A stretch of DNA of 64,000 bases from Octopus sinensis. Lineage: Eukaryota. Location of the stretch: positions 59,520,001 to 59,584,000 of the forward strand of contig NC_043006.1 of assembly GCF_006345805.1 (NCBI RefSeq), read 5' to 3'. Positions 62,961-64,000 of the stretch are shown one piece after another. Made by a program: the position numbers and the translations under genes. The notes below the pieces were generated by a model that ran no database searches, was not told the origin of the DNA, and saw only the letters and a program-made list of their open reading frames with translations. Position 1 is the stretch's first letter; each line of letters opens with the position of its first letter.

Positions 62961-63744
62961 CTTAATGCAATAACTGTTGACTGTCGAACAACTGTTATTG
63001 CATAAAGGACTAATCCATCATGAAGATCGTCCTACCTGGAAAGGCAATCAGTTTTATTTTCTTCTGCCGTTATAGCGAAAATGGTTACATGGTAGACCCC
63101 CGTATGGCAACTATAAAAAATCGTTTATTTTTCATTCCTGCGCCGTAGATAAAATAGGGTGCCAATCAACTACTGGGACCGCAGTAGATAAAATAAGGTA
63201 CCAGCTAACTAATATAATCGGCTCGGATGATTCCCACGAAATTTTTGGTTCTTATCCGTTTTATTCCAGCGGTATCGGATTAGCACCAACTCCTAAAATT
63301 TACTAGTCTTATATCTAAATCAGAAACATGGAGGTGGCCAGGCAGAATCGTGAGAGTGTCAGACTAATCTCGCGATATTTCATCCGGCTGTTTATGTTCT
63401 AAGTTCAAATCCTACCATGGCCAACTTCGCCTTTCTTTCTTCTGTCGATGGTATCTATTTACCCTTTCCACTCAAATGTTTTTGTGCTTGTGCCTAAATG
63501 CGAAATCATGCCCGAGTATTACTGATTTGAAAATTTACATTGAACAGCTATTATCATGTGAAGAACGAATCCAGCTATCAGCCAAGTCCATCATGAAGAT
63601 CGTCCCACCACACGCCTGCTGTAAGGTGGGGCAGGCGGTATTCCTCTGTCTTGTAGCTATGGTGAAAGTGGTGAACGGGTTAAGAAAACTTGCATCAGTT
63701 TTTTTGGTAACTTCGTATTAAGATAAGAAGAGCATGCTCTTGCA

Positions 63745-64000
63745 GATGAGACTCAGAATTTTCTTCAGGTTGAATGGGCCAACCCGCGCAAAAGATCCCT
63801 GAATACGAGTTGTTTAAGGATGATGAACGAAACACCCGTTTCCAGAGTTGAATTATTCAAATTCCCAAAAATCCATCTCAAAACATGGCTGTGTTGTTCT
63901 CCCACTTTTTCTGCTTGTGATCAGAGATGCACACATCGTCAGCTACTAAGGAACATGCTCAACTGGTTAAGGTCAAGTAACTGACGAGCAAATCTGTGGT
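63745..64000 (-). mobile_element. Partial copy of the 560-bp repeat running off the window end
   Basis: Aligns with 14490-14740. Confidence 0.8.

Overview
Eukaryotic, AT-rich, microsatellite-saturated DNA with no recognisable host protein-coding exon. The SINE families and the density of (AT)n/(ATAC)n/(ATT)n repeats point to a coleoid cephalopod, most likely Octopus; this is inferred from my recognition of the repeats, not from a database search. The window is a stack of mobile elements. It holds tRNA-headed SINEs, including an 8-unit tandem SINE multimer, and several Tc1/mariner elements (one DD34E with IR/DR ends, one DD36E). A same-orientation pile-up of R4/Dong-type RLE LINEs sits in a (TAA)n tract. 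There are also L1/Tx1, CR1 and RTE fragments and at least three Penelope-like (RT/GIY-YIG) remnants. A Crypton-type tyrosine-recombinase element has all catalytic residues, two lesions and a 164-bp bubbled terminal hairpin. The most striking unexplained pattern is four distinct type I hammerhead-ribozyme motif families. Three of them sit inside outward-facing fold-back palindromes (121 bp, 164 bp and 2.4 kb), and several more long palindromes are nearby. Nearly all ORFs in the supplied track are translations of simple repeats or decayed transposons. All alignments and RNA folds were done by eye, so boundaries are approximate.
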